Assembly: GCA_947632495.1 (NCBI GenBank)
Contig: CANRPL010000003.1
Coordinates: forward strand, 1 to 45,540
Reading direction: 5' to 3'
DNA from: an uncultured Bacilli bacterium
GTDB taxonomy: Bacteria > Bacillota_I > Bacilli_A > RF39 > UBA660
DNA: 45,540 nt
Shown here piece by piece: positions 20,897-30,304 of the stretch; the first letter of the stretch is position 1, and every line of letters starts with the position of its first letter. The translations under genes were made by a program, and so were the position numbers. The notes under the pieces were generated by a model. That model ran no database searches. It saw only the letters and a list, made by a program, of their open reading frames with translations, and was not told where the DNA came from.

Positions 20897-21811
20897 ATGG
20901 ATTTTAATAATATTTTTAGTGATACAATTAAAGAATATCTAGGAATTATCAGAGAACAAAAAAAATTATCAACATATAACTATCTAAATTTAGTAGCGCT
21001 TTTACTTACCAAAGCTATCATAACAAGAAAAGATATTATTGAGACAGACGTTAACTATTTTTTAAATCTAATTATCAATAGTCCGCAAAATAAGATTGTT
21101 AATGATAACACCCCTATTTTTAAAGAGGCTGTTAGCTATTCAGTTAAAGCATACTTTGACCAAGAAGGTATCAATGAAAAGAGTTACGAAGTGATAATGA
21201 ACAATTGGTTTAATGGCTATATGTATCATACTTTAAATGCTTGTTATGCTAATTGGATTAATGAGCATGGATTAAAAATAGCTAGTAAGCCTTGGGATAT
21301 GGAAGAAATAAGAGGCATTATGCGCCTATTTGACCATAGTGTCTTTGGCCTATTCAATGGTGAAAATGAAGGTATCTTCTTTGCTCCTAATTTAAGTGTC
21401 TCACCATATTATGGTTTAACATCTCCCACTTTCTTCCGCAAATTTGTAGAAAATGATCGTAAATATTTAAATGTTTTTCTCGATCGCAACTTACCATTAG
21501 CTTACGAAAGCATTGAAGCCCTATGTAAGAAAAATAATTTAAGAAAAGAAGAGTGTGAAACAGTATTGGCTTTTTTTAAGAAAAACTGGCTCGTATTTGC
21601 AAGCGATGAACTACCTAGTATTGTTATTAAGCAAAGACCACATACTACTATTCCAGCATATCCTAATGATAATGTGTTAGAATTTGTTATTAATGAATTC
21701 ATGAGCGATATTCGTAATACCTATTATAAGCAAGATATTCCCCGTGATGAAATAACTATTTTTAGCTATGATAAACTAGGCCTTGTTCAAAGTTATCAAA
21801 AAACCAATTAA
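20897..21811 (+). CDS. Hypothetical protein, possible ADP-ribosyltransferase-like fold
   Basis: 304-aa ORF with AAGGTGA RBS 8 nt after the phosphoesterase; YH...I...GL, GIFFA...Y and DIPxxxI segments. CDS confident, fold tentative. Confidence 0.7.
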   Translation: MDFNNIFSDTIKEYLGIIREQKKLSTYNYLNLVALLLTKAIITRKDIIETDVNYFLNLIINSPQNKIVNDNTPIFKEAVSYSVKAYFDQEGINEKSYEVIMNNWFNGYMYHTLNACYANWINEHGLKIASKPWDMEEIRGIMRLFDHSVFGLFNGENEGIFFAPNLSVSPYYGLTSPTFFRKFVENDRKYLNVFLDRNLPLAYESIEALCKKNNLRKEECETVLAFFKKNWLVFASDELPSIVIKQRPHTTIPAYPNDNVLEFVINEFMSDIRNTYYKQDIPRDEITIFSYDKLGLVQSYQKTN

Positions 21812-21830
21812 TATTACTTAATTGGTTTTT
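21798..21830. terminator. Bidirectional terminator
   Basis: aaaaaccaattaa-tattac-ttaattggttttt between convergent stops at 21811 and 21829. Confidence 0.85.
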
Positions 21831-22590
21831 ATATACGATGATAATCTAATCTTAATTTGTCAGCTATTGTAACAATAAATTCACTATTAGTCGGTTTAGC
21901 TTTATCGACATCAACACTATGTCCAAAGATTTCTTCCATTAAATCCCAGCTACCACGATTCCAACTAACTTCAATCGCATGTCTAATAGCTCTTTCTACA
22001 CGTGATACTGTCGTATCGAACTTACTAGCTAATTCAGGATACAACTCTTTTGTAATACCTCCGACAGTTTCAGGTCGGTCATATAAAATATTGATACCTT
22101 CACGAATATATTGATATCCCTTAATATGGGAAGGAATACCTAATTCATGTAATATCTTTGAAATTGAACATTGAATATTATTGTATTCCATATCAATAAT
22201 CTTATTATCATACTCTTTATTAGCAATATCTAAAATTCTCTTTTCTAAATCACTTAATTCAAATGGTTTTAACACATAATAATTAACGCCATATTCAGAA
22301 ACTTCTCTTATTACATCCATCGAATTATAACTAGTCGCTACAATAACTTTCTTATTAATATTCTCTTCTTTCATACACTCTAAAACATATAATCCATCTT
22401 TACCTGGCATAATTAAATCTAAAATAATAACATCAAAATCATCAGCATTATTTCTTATTAACTCCATGCCAGCATTACCATCATTAGCTGTCAAGGTAAT
22501 ATCAATTTCTTTATTTCTTTTAAAATATTCTTTAACCGCTTCAATTAAATTTTCATTGTCATCAATCATTAGGACACGAACGTTTTTCAT
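21829..22590 (-). CDS. spo0A: Sporulation master regulator Spo0A
   Basis: Receiver domain (IDDN, LDLIMP, LKPF) plus Spo0A C-domain LHELGIPSHIKGYQY, ITKELYP, SRVERAIRHAIEVSW, KPTNSEFI. Confidence 0.97.
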   Translation of the reverse strand: MKNVRVLMIDDNENLIEAVKEYFKRNKEIDITLTANDGNAGMELIRNNADDFDVIILDLIMPGKDGLYVLECMKEENINKKVIVATSYNSMDVIREVSEYGVNYYVLKPFELSDLEKRILDIANKEYDNKIIDMEYNNIQCSISKILHELGIPSHIKGYQYIREGINILYDRPETVGGITKELYPELASKFDTTVSRVERAIRHAIEVSWNRGSWDLMEEIFGHSVDVDKAKPTNSEFIVTIADKLRLDYHRI

Positions 22591-22640
22591 TAATTTTCCT
22601 CCAATTTTCTATAAACATATTATATATTACTCGTCACATA

Positions 22641-22667
22641 TATCGATTGTTATCGAAAAATGTCGAA
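22641..22667. promoter_or_regulatory. Spo0A boxes upstream of spo0A
   Basis: Perfect TGTCGAA at 22661-22667, TATCGAA at 22651 and TATCGAT at 22641 (10-bp phasing). Confidence 0.7.
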
Positions 22668-22683
22668 TAATTAAAAAAGGAGC

Positions 22684-23397
22684 TTATTTTGTAGCTCTTA
22701 TTATTTTAATAAACTTTTCTGGTACAAGACAAGCTCCACCAACTAAAAAGCCATCAACACTAGAAATAGTACTTAATTGTTCAATATTCTTATCATTTGT
22801 ACTTCCACCATATAAAACCATTGGTTCAACTTGGTAATTATCTTTCACTATATCTTTGATATATGTAACAACATCATCTATCTCTTCATTAGTAGGAACC
22901 TTACCTGTACCTATTGCCCAAATAGGTTCATAGGCAATAATAAGATTTTCATTGGTAAAAGTAACACCATCTAAATCTTCTAATAATTGATGTTTTATTT
23001 TATCCTTGGTCTTAGAAGTTTCACGTTCTTCTAATGTCTCACCAACACATAAAATAACTTTTAATTGATTACTTAAAGCTAGATTAATTTTGGCTCTAAC
23101 GATTGAATCATCTTCATTTAAATACTCACGGCGCTCACTATGACCGATAATCGTATAAGTGACGCCCAATGATTTAGCTTGATGAGCTGATATTTCACCA
23201 GTATAAGCACCATCTTCATATTTAGCAATACTTTGCGTACCAACTGTATAACCAGCTTCAATAAAATATGGTAAGTAAAGATAACTAGGACAAATGACAC
23301 AATCCTTATCATCTACCATATCTTCAATATAAGATTTAACCTCATCTAAAGTTAAATTCATTTTCATATTGCCAACTATTAATTTTTTATTTGCCAT
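22684..23397 (-). CDS. tpiA: Triosephosphate isomerase
   Basis: GNMKMN, GAYTGE, IGHSERR, AYEPIWAIGTG, LYGGS, DGFLVGGA. Confidence 0.97.
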   Translation of the reverse strand: MANKKLIVGNMKMNLTLDEVKSYIEDMVDDKDCVICPSYLYLPYFIEAGYTVGTQSIAKYEDGAYTGEISAHQAKSLGVTYTIIGHSERREYLNEDDSIVRAKINLALSNQLKVILCVGETLEERETSKTKDKIKHQLLEDLDGVTFTNENLIIAYEPIWAIGTGKVPTNEEIDDVVTYIKDIVKDNYQVEPMVLYGGSTNDKNIEQLSTISSVDGFLVGGACLVPEKFIKIIRATK

Positions 23398-24634
23398 ACA
23401 ATCCCTTCTTTATAACATTTTTCATACGACTAGAAAAAGTCTTTTTAGGTCTTCCTTCATCAGGCATTCCACCTAAAGCTTTATAATAAACATCTAATAC
23501 TTTTTCAGCGTAATACTTTGATGAATGAGCTTCCGCATTAATACGAGCTTGACGAGACATCTTATCATATAATTTATGATCAGTCATCAACTTAATAATA
23601 GCATCTTCATATTCTTTAGGAGTATGAAAAGAAATGCCATTTAAACCATCTAAAACAACATCACGAAAAGCTTCATCATCTAAAGCCACCACCGGTATTG
23701 ATGCAGCCATTGCTTCTAATGGTGTTAAACCTTGTGTCTCGGTATGAGAAGCTGTAGCGAAAACATCACCTAATTGATAATACTTACCGATTATCTCATG
23801 AGGTACTTTACCGGTAAAGATGACATTTTTATCAACCCCACATTTTTGCGCTAAAGCCTTAAAGGTATCCATATCAGGTCCATCACCAATTATCAAAAGC
23901 TTACACTTTTTATTTTTCTTAATAATATTAACTTGACTCTTAATCAAGAAATCAAAACTCTTTTCACTAGCTACTCGTCCAACAGATAAAATTACAAAAT
24001 CATCTTTATTAAGACCATATTTACGTCTCAAACGAGCTGTCTCTTTAGCGTCATTATTTTCAATATAAAAAGGTTCAACTTCAATACCCGTTGGAACGAT
24101 ATGAATATTGCGGTCATACTCATACTTTTCCTTAAACAAATCATAGGTCTTTTTCGTTGGAACAATAAGTTCTGAAACCGTCTTGTCACAGTAGAATTTA
24201 GTTAGATATTCTACTGTTTTTTTACTAGCAGCATCAAAATGACCTTTAGTTATATAATGAACATAATCTTCGTACATTGTATGATATGTATGCACAATAG
24301 GAATATCTAATTGTTTAGCCATGATACGGGCAAAAGTACCAACACCAAATTCCGTATGTGAATGAATAATATCTAAATCCCATTCTTTAATCTTATTGAT
24401 AGCTTTAATGGGATAAATACTAGTCAAACGATAATCATAAATGCCAACAGGAATACCCGGTAGGCGGATAATACCATTTTCTGAATCAAAATCATAATGT
24501 AATGATTCCGGATTTACCGTCACCACAAAAACCTCATGGCCCATTTTAATTAAAGCGTTACGTAAGACTTCAATACTAGTTGAAACACCATTGATATATG
24601 GTGGATAAGTATCTGAAAAAATACCAATGCGCAT
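23387..24634 (-). CDS. GT4 glycosyltransferase, diacylglycerol alpha-glucosyltransferase-like
   Basis: MRIGIFSDTYPPYINGVSTS, HSHTEF, HTYHTMYEDY, GRVASEK, ETQGLTPLEAMA. Start set at ATG 24634 (GAGGGTG RBS). Confidence 0.9.
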   Translation of the reverse strand: MRIGIFSDTYPPYINGVSTSIEVLRNALIKMGHEVFVVTVNPESLHYDFDSENGIIRLPGIPVGIYDYRLTSIYPIKAINKIKEWDLDIIHSHTEFGVGTFARIMAKQLDIPIVHTYHTMYEDYVHYITKGHFDAASKKTVEYLTKFYCDKTVSELIVPTKKTYDLFKEKYEYDRNIHIVPTGIEVEPFYIENNDAKETARLRRKYGLNKDDFVILSVGRVASEKSFDFLIKSQVNIIKKNKKCKLLIIGDGPDMDTFKALAQKCGVDKNVIFTGKVPHEIIGKYYQLGDVFATASHTETQGLTPLEAMAASIPVVALDDEAFRDVVLDGLNGISFHTPKEYEDAIIKLMTDHKLYDKMSRQARINAEAHSSKYYAEKVLDVYYKALGGMPDEGRPKKTFSSRMKNVIKKGLYGK

Positions 24635-25650
24635 TATCTCACCCTCTTCATATTTAACGCTAAAGCACCTACCAACATTCCAAAATAATAAGTAACAAAG
24701 CGCCACAATAGCATAATTGCGGTTAAGCTTGCTCCTCCTATAAAATTACCATAAAATGACATAAAGCCATATTCTAGACCACCACTAGCTCCTGGAATCG
24801 GTACAAAAGAACCGATAAGCATAACATAGGCACTAGTAACAACGGCTGTGAATAGTCCATAACTATGAAAGTCACCCATAGCGTACAATAAAACTAGAGG
24901 AATAGCATATAAACAAGTTAACGCTACAATATTATATAAAATATTCTTAAAGAAATCCCACTTTCTTTCTAATAACACTTGGACATTTTTATGGAAACGA
25001 TTGATATAATCATCCCATTCTTGTAACTTCTTTTCACGATCTTTAACAATGTGAAAAAAAGTTAATATTCTAATTCCCAAACTAACTAACTTTTTATTTA
25101 ATTTTTTACTAAAAGATACAATAAACATAACAACGATAATAGCCGTATTAGTAAGAAAGCCAATACTTACAAGATGTTGAAGTAAGGTTACTCGCTCAAA
25201 AAGATTAAATATATGATTCGAAGTAACAGCCACCAAACCCAGTAATACTAATGCAATTTGATAAACAATAAAGTTTTGAATAATAACACTTGTTGCGGCC
25301 GTAGTACCCATATCATGGGTTAAATAATAAATTTGATATGGTTGCCCACCTGTCGCAAAAGGCGTTACAGCATTAAAAAACTGGGTGCGAAGCATAAGCT
25401 GTAAGGAACTGGCATACTTACTCTTGTTATTAATTTTTTTAGTAAAATTATGAAGCGCCAAACTTCTTAAAAGCCAATATATGATAACAAGTAAAAAAGC
25501 TAATAGTAAGTACCATATATTAACACTCATAACTCTTTTAATAATGGTTGAAAAATCATCCTTTAATGAGAAGTATAAAACTAAAATAGTTATCAATAAA
25601 AGGATAACTATATTAAGTTTCCCTTTATTTTTTTTAATAAAATTTTTCAT
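24634..25650 (-). CDS. Lysylphosphatidylglycerol synthase TM / flippase-like membrane protein (UPF0104)
   Basis: Multi-TM; NAVTPFATGGQP, PIPGASGGLE, LWRFVTYY. Start likely ATG 25650, immediately after the pgk stop. Confidence 0.88.
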   Translation of the reverse strand: MKNFIKKNKGKLNIVILLLITILVLYFSLKDDFSTIIKRVMSVNIWYLLLAFLLVIIYWLLRSLALHNFTKKINNKSKYASSLQLMLRTQFFNAVTPFATGGQPYQIYYLTHDMGTTAATSVIIQNFIVYQIALVLLGLVAVTSNHIFNLFERVTLLQHLVSIGFLTNTAIIVVMFIVSFSKKLNKKLVSLGIRILTFFHIVKDREKKLQEWDDYINRFHKNVQVLLERKWDFFKNILYNIVALTCLYAIPLVLLYAMGDFHSYGLFTAVVTSAYVMLIGSFVPIPGASGGLEYGFMSFYGNFIGGASLTAIMLLWRFVTYYFGMLVGALALNMKRVR

Positions 25651-25651
25651 A

Positions 25652-26836
25652 CTATTTTTCAGCAATAATAGCTATTCCTGGTAGCTCTTTTCCTTCTAAT
25701 AATTCTAGTGAAGCACCACCACCAGTAGAAATATGAGTATAGGCATCCTTATATCCAAAGTTAATTGCTGCTGAAGCAGTATCGCCACCACCAATTATGA
25801 CATTAGCATCTAAAGTCGCTAAAAGATCACAAAGGCGACGAGTACCAGTAGCGAAATTAGGATACTCAAAAGCTCCAACAGGACCATTCCATACAATAGT
25901 CTTACTTTCTTTTAAATAGCTACTAAATAAATCAATTGTACGTTCAGAAATATCAAGACCCATTTCATCAGCATGGATATCACTAATAATCGTAGCGCGT
26001 GGTGCAGCCTCATTAGTTAATTCATTAGCGCATACACAATCAACTGGTAAAATTATTTTATTAGGATAGTCCGTCAACATTTCTTTACAGAAGTTAACAC
26101 TTTCAGAATCTAATAATGATTTTCCAATTTCATAACCTTCAGCCTTTAGAAAAGTAAACATCATACCCCCGCCAATTAAAATGTGGTCTGCTTTAGTTAC
26201 AAGATTTTTAATAACCCCAATCTTATCACTTACTTTAGCTCCACCTAAAATAACCGTAAAAGGACGAACAGGATCATTTACCGCTTTATCTAAATTTTCT
26301 AACTCTTTTTCAATTAAAAAGCCAATTCCATTATCTAGATGACTTGCAATACCAACATTAGACGCATGAGCACGATGAGCTGTACCGAAAGCATCATTAA
26401 TATATATATCACCCAATGAAGCCCAGTAAGCACCTAATTCTTCATCATTGCCACTTTCCTTTTTACCATCTAAATCTTCATAACGAGTATTTTCTACTAA
26501 CAAGACATCGCCACGCTTTAAATTATTAATAGCCGTCTCTAATTCTTCACCTCTTGTAACAGGTATGAAAGTAACATCTTTACCTAGAAGTTCACTTAAA
26601 CGAGTCGCTACAGGTCTTAAAGTGTTTTTAGCTAAATCTTCTTCAGTCTTAACACGTCCTAAATGAGACAATAAAATAACTTTAGCACCGTTACTAGTAG
26701 CGTAATTAATCGTTTTTAAACTTTCTTTAATACGATTATCATCAGTAATCACACCATCTTTAATTGGTACATTAAAATCAACACGAATAATAACTTTTTT
26801 ATCTTCTAAATTAAAATCTCTAATTGTCTTCTTCAT
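25652..26836 (-). CDS. pgk: Phosphoglycerate kinase
   Basis: RVDFNVP, SHLGR, NDAFGTAHR, GGAKVSDK, WNGPVG, GGGDT, HISTGGGASLE. Confidence 0.98.
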   Translation of the reverse strand: MKKTIRDFNLEDKKVIIRVDFNVPIKDGVITDDNRIKESLKTINYATSNGAKVILLSHLGRVKTEEDLAKNTLRPVATRLSELLGKDVTFIPVTRGEELETAINNLKRGDVLLVENTRYEDLDGKKESGNDEELGAYWASLGDIYINDAFGTAHRAHASNVGIASHLDNGIGFLIEKELENLDKAVNDPVRPFTVILGGAKVSDKIGVIKNLVTKADHILIGGGMMFTFLKAEGYEIGKSLLDSESVNFCKEMLTDYPNKIILPVDCVCANELTNEAAPRATIISDIHADEMGLDISERTIDLFSSYLKESKTIVWNGPVGAFEYPNFATGTRRLCDLLATLDANVIIGGGDTASAAINFGYKDAYTHISTGGGASLELLEGKELPGIAIIAEK

Positions 26837-26916
26837 AAATCCTCCATTATATACTTATATTTTACTATATTTTTTTTAGTTATACAATCATATAACTATT
26901 TTTTATGATTGACAAT

Positions 26917-26938
26917 AAAAAAAGAGGTCCCCCTCTTT
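26917..26938 (-). terminator. Terminator after efp
   Basis: Minus strand aaagagg-ggga-cctcttt followed by a T-run. Confidence 0.8.
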
Positions 26939-27494
26939 AAGCACGTGATGCATAAGAACCATCTTTAGTATTGACAAGAATTGTTTCGCCTTCTTCAATA
27001 AAAAGTGGTACTCTTACTAATAAACCAGTTTCAACTGTCGCATCTTTTTGCGCATTATTAGTTGTATTACCTTTAACAGCAGGTTCGGTAGCTGTAATTT
27101 TTAATTCAACTTTTTCAGGTAGAATAACTCCTAATACTTCTCCTTGATAAATAGATACCATCACTTCAAGACCATCCTTTAAGTAATATTTATCATTACC
27201 TAAATGATCTTCTGATAACTCTAATTGTTCATAAGTTTGATTATCCATAAAAGTATATACGCCACCTGATTCATATAGATATTGCATATTCTTCTTTTCA
27301 ATCATGGCACGGTCAAGTTTAACACCACTATTAAAACGTTTTTCAATAATAGCGCCAGATCTTAAATTCTTTAATTTAACTTGAACAAAAGCTGCACCCT
27401 TTCCTGGTTTAACATGTTGGAAATCTAAAACTGTATAGATATTATCTTCAAATAAAATAGTCATTCCGTTTTTAATATCATTAACATTTATCAT
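26937..27494 (-). CDS. efp: Elongation factor P
   Basis: FQHVKPGKGAAF, MQYLY, EPAVKGNT, ETGLLVRVPLFI, YASRA. Start ATG 27494. Confidence 0.97.
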   Translation of the reverse strand: MINVNDIKNGMTILFEDNIYTVLDFQHVKPGKGAAFVQVKLKNLRSGAIIEKRFNSGVKLDRAMIEKKNMQYLYESGGVYTFMDNQTYEQLELSEDHLGNDKYYLKDGLEVMVSIYQGEVLGVILPEKVELKITATEPAVKGNTTNNAQKDATVETGLLVRVPLFIEEGETILVNTKDGSYASRA

Positions 27495-27513
27495 CCAAAT
27501 CACTCCTCTCTAC

Positions 27514-27537
27514 AAAAAATAAGGTTTAATCCTTATT
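27514..27537 (-). terminator. Terminator between the rpmG region and efp
   Basis: Minus strand aataagg-attaaa-ccttatt followed by tttt. Confidence 0.7.
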
Positions 27538-27699
27538 ATGTAATTTATTTCTTACACGTACCCTTACTTTATGATGATCAAGCACTTGGCTTTCCCCTAA
27601 TTTATATTCTTTACTTATAACTGAACTGAATGTTGTTTGCTGGGCTTGCCAGGCAATTAGTTTTCCAATGTTGATGGATCTATGTAAGTGTCTAAACAT
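27526..27699 (-). other. Unassigned element: 57-aa ORF and/or rod-like structured RNA
   Basis: Open frame MFRHLHRSINIGKLIAWQAQQTTFSSVISKEYKLGESQVLDHHKVRVRVRNKLHNKD* with GAGGAG 10 nt upstream; the same interval has four or five nested complementary segments. Confidence 0.4.
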
Positions 27700-27703
27700 T
27701 TTA

Positions 27704-27871
27704 CTACTTCTCCTCTTTATGAACTGTTACTTTTCTACATTTTGGACAAAATTTATTTAATTCTAAACGTTCTGTCGTATTTCTCTTATTTTTTTCAGTA
27801 CGAACATTTTCTGATTTACATACTGTACATTGAAGTGTTACTCTTTGACGTGCTTCACCTTTTTTAGCCAT
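27704..27871 (-). CDS. rpmG: 50S ribosomal protein L33, zinc-binding type
   Basis: Not in the ORF track; [55 protein letters not shown]; AAGGAGG RBS. Confidence 0.97.
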   Translation of the reverse strand: MAKKGEARQRVTLQCTVCKSENVRTEKNKRNTTERLELNKFCPKCRKVTVHKEEK

Positions 27872-27911
27872 AGTCTTGCCCTCCTTTTTTACGCATTACT
27901 ATTATAGCAAA

Positions 27912-29987
27912 TTATTTATAAATTTCAAAGTATTTTTTAGAAATTTTTTGGGCAATACGCTTATTAACAGTAGATAACTGGCGATAAGTGATATTACCAG
28001 TACCAGCATCTGGTGTTATAACGGTAAAAGTAACTTTAGGATCATCATATGGCGCATAAGCTACAACCGTACTGGAAATCGTCTCGGTATCGACAATGCC
28101 ATCACCATCACTATCGACAAAACTTTGGCTTGTACCAGTTTTACCAGCTGGCTTATATTTATTGCTGATAAAACCATAACCAGTACCATTAGCAAAAACC
28201 ATACGTAAACCTTTTTTAATACGAGTAAAGTATTTTTTATCTCCCTCTACCTGATTTAAAATAACCGGTGTATTAGTATAAATTAAATCGGTTAAACCAT
28301 CTTTAGTAGGAGCATAAACACGTTTTAAAAGAGTTGGTTTTATTCTTGTACCATCATTAGCAACAGTATTAATATATTGTGCCATCTGGATAGTTGTATA
28401 ATTATCATACTGACCAATTGCAAAATCTAAAAGAAAACCTGAATCGGTAGATGTACCTTTATAACCAGCAAACTCATTTGGTAAATCAATACCAGTCTTT
28501 ACCCCTAACCCAAATTGAGCAAAAATATTACGATAAGTATCAAAAGCTTTAGGGTCCAATTTTAATGGTTTGTTATAACGATATTTGCCTTTTCCCACCT
28601 TAATGGCAGTTTGAAATTGATAGGTATTAGAAGAATAAGACAAAGCTTGAACATCATTAATATTACCATATCTAGTATAAGAGCACTTAAGAGGTGTAGC
28701 CGCAATCTTAATGCAGGCATCATTACGTACTTCACCAATTTTAAGATTACCCGTAACATACCCGACCATATGTGATGCGGCCTTAACAGCTGAACCAGGT
28801 GTTATTGTAGCGTTAATAACACCAACTGAATCATCATATATTTTGTACTCTCCATTTTCTTTTTTAATTTGCTTACCAACCATCGCTAAAATTCCCCCTG
28901 TTTTAGGATCACTGATAACGACAAAAGCACGATCAAAATATTTGGTATAACGATCTTTCGTTTTTGTTTTTAATAATTCACTTTCAACAATTTTTTCAAT
29001 TTCTTTTTGAAGTTCAATGTCAATACTTAAGACAATATCATTACCCCTCTTACCTTCTTCTAAAACGACATAATTACCATTATCATCTAAAGTATATTTT
29101 GTCTTTGTACCTCTTAAAATACTTTCATATTGATATTCAAGATAACTTGTACCAACCCGATCAGACAAATTATAGCCAATCGCTAAATAAGAATCTTTTA
29201 ATTCGGCAGGTAAACCACTCGAACTTGATGACACACTACCTAATAAGGTGCGAAAGACGTTTCCATATGGATAGTCTCTTTCCCAATCTAACTTTGTACC
29301 AAAGCCAGATAATAATTCGTCGTTAGCGCCTATAGCCGCATATTCTTCATCAGTTACATCTTTATTTTTAATTGTTTTTTCAGCATAGTAATAGCCTTTA
29401 TTCATTAAGTAATAGATATAGGCAGCTTCCCGATCAATATCATTATATTCTTTTAACTCATCATCCGTAACTCGTTCAATCTTATATTTTTCAATATCAT
29501 CTTTATCAATACGTCGTTCCGCTAAAGCTTGCCACTCTTCATCAGTAATCTTTTTTTCCGCTGATAAAGGATTATTAGTAACCCAAAAACTTTTTAGAGC
29601 ATAATCTGTTAAAGGAGTAGCATCAATATCTAATATTTCCGCTACTTTATAGGCTTTAACGACTTCTTCTTGAACAGTAACATTAGCCTTCTTTTTATAA
29701 TAAATGGTTTTGACTGCTTTATTATCGACGATAATCTTTCCATTACGATCATAAATGCGGCCCCTTGGGGCACTATCACCTTCGATAATTACTTGGCTTA
29801 ACTCTTTTAATTGTTCTTGATAATAACTACTTTTAACAATCTGAACATAAAAAAGAGAAGAAGCTAACACAACAAAAAGAATAGTTACAGCTACTATTAA
29901 AATTTTATATCGCTTATTAACAACAATCATATCTTCTTCTAATGAATACTTATGTTGTTTTCTAAAGTAATTAATCTTTTTTTTCAT
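27912..29987 (-). CDS. Class B penicillin-binding protein (PBP2a/PbpA-like)
   Basis: N-terminal TM, PRGRIYDRNG, LEYQYESIL, SxxK (SAVK), SSN, TGIDLP, IGQY, KTGT. Confidence 0.92.
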   Translation of the reverse strand: MKKKINYFRKQHKYSLEEDMIVVNKRYKILIVAVTILFVVLASSLFYVQIVKSSYYQEQLKELSQVIIEGDSAPRGRIYDRNGKIIVDNKAVKTIYYKKKANVTVQEEVVKAYKVAEILDIDATPLTDYALKSFWVTNNPLSAEKKITDEEWQALAERRIDKDDIEKYKIERVTDDELKEYNDIDREAAYIYYLMNKGYYYAEKTIKNKDVTDEEYAAIGANDELLSGFGTKLDWERDYPYGNVFRTLLGSVSSSSSGLPAELKDSYLAIGYNLSDRVGTSYLEYQYESILRGTKTKYTLDDNGNYVVLEEGKRGNDIVLSIDIELQKEIEKIVESELLKTKTKDRYTKYFDRAFVVISDPKTGGILAMVGKQIKKENGEYKIYDDSVGVINATITPGSAVKAASHMVGYVTGNLKIGEVRNDACIKIAATPLKCSYTRYGNINDVQALSYSSNTYQFQTAIKVGKGKYRYNKPLKLDPKAFDTYRNIFAQFGLGVKTGIDLPNEFAGYKGTSTDSGFLLDFAIGQYDNYTTIQMAQYINTVANDGTRIKPTLLKRVYAPTKDGLTDLIYTNTPVILNQVEGDKKYFTRIKKGLRMVFANGTGYGFISNKYKPAGKTGTSQSFVDSDGDGIVDTETISSTVVAYAPYDDPKVTFTVITPDAGTGNITYRQLSTVNKRIAQKISKKYFEIYK

Positions 29988-30018
29988 GTTGCCTCCTGTA
30001 AACTTTTTATATTACCAC

Positions 30019-30026
30019 CATATAAT
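30019..30026 (+). promoter_or_regulatory. Sigma-E-like -10 element, likely leaderless transcript
   Basis: CATATAAT, identical to the element before sigK, ends 8 nt before ATG 30035; no Shine-Dalgarno sequence. Confidence 0.5.
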
Positions 30027-30034
30027 ATTATTAT

Positions 30035-30304
30035 ATGAAAGAAAAAATAATCAAAATGTATATTAAAAAGTTAACTAAAACCGATATTATAAACTTCGCT
30101 AAAAAGCAGAATATTGTCCTCATGCCTAATGAAACTAATTTTATCTATGAAACTATAAAAAATAAATATGACGTAATAATAGATAATCCTCTCGCTATAT
30201 TGCAATATAGTAAAGATAAAGTCCGTCCTATCGTCTATGATAAAATATATGAATTATACACTATTTATTATCCGCAACTACGTCAGTTTCTAAATGATCA
30301 TTAA
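30035..30304 (+). CDS. DUF2624 / YqfT-like sporulation-associated protein
   Basis: KKLTKTDIINFAKKQNIVL...E...I pattern; convergent with nfo, as remembered for Bacillus yqfS(nfo)/yqfT. Confidence 0.7.
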   Translation: MKEKIIKMYIKKLTKTDIINFAKKQNIVLMPNETNFIYETIKNKYDVIIDNPLAILQYSKDKVRPIVYDKIYELYTIYYPQLRQFLNDH

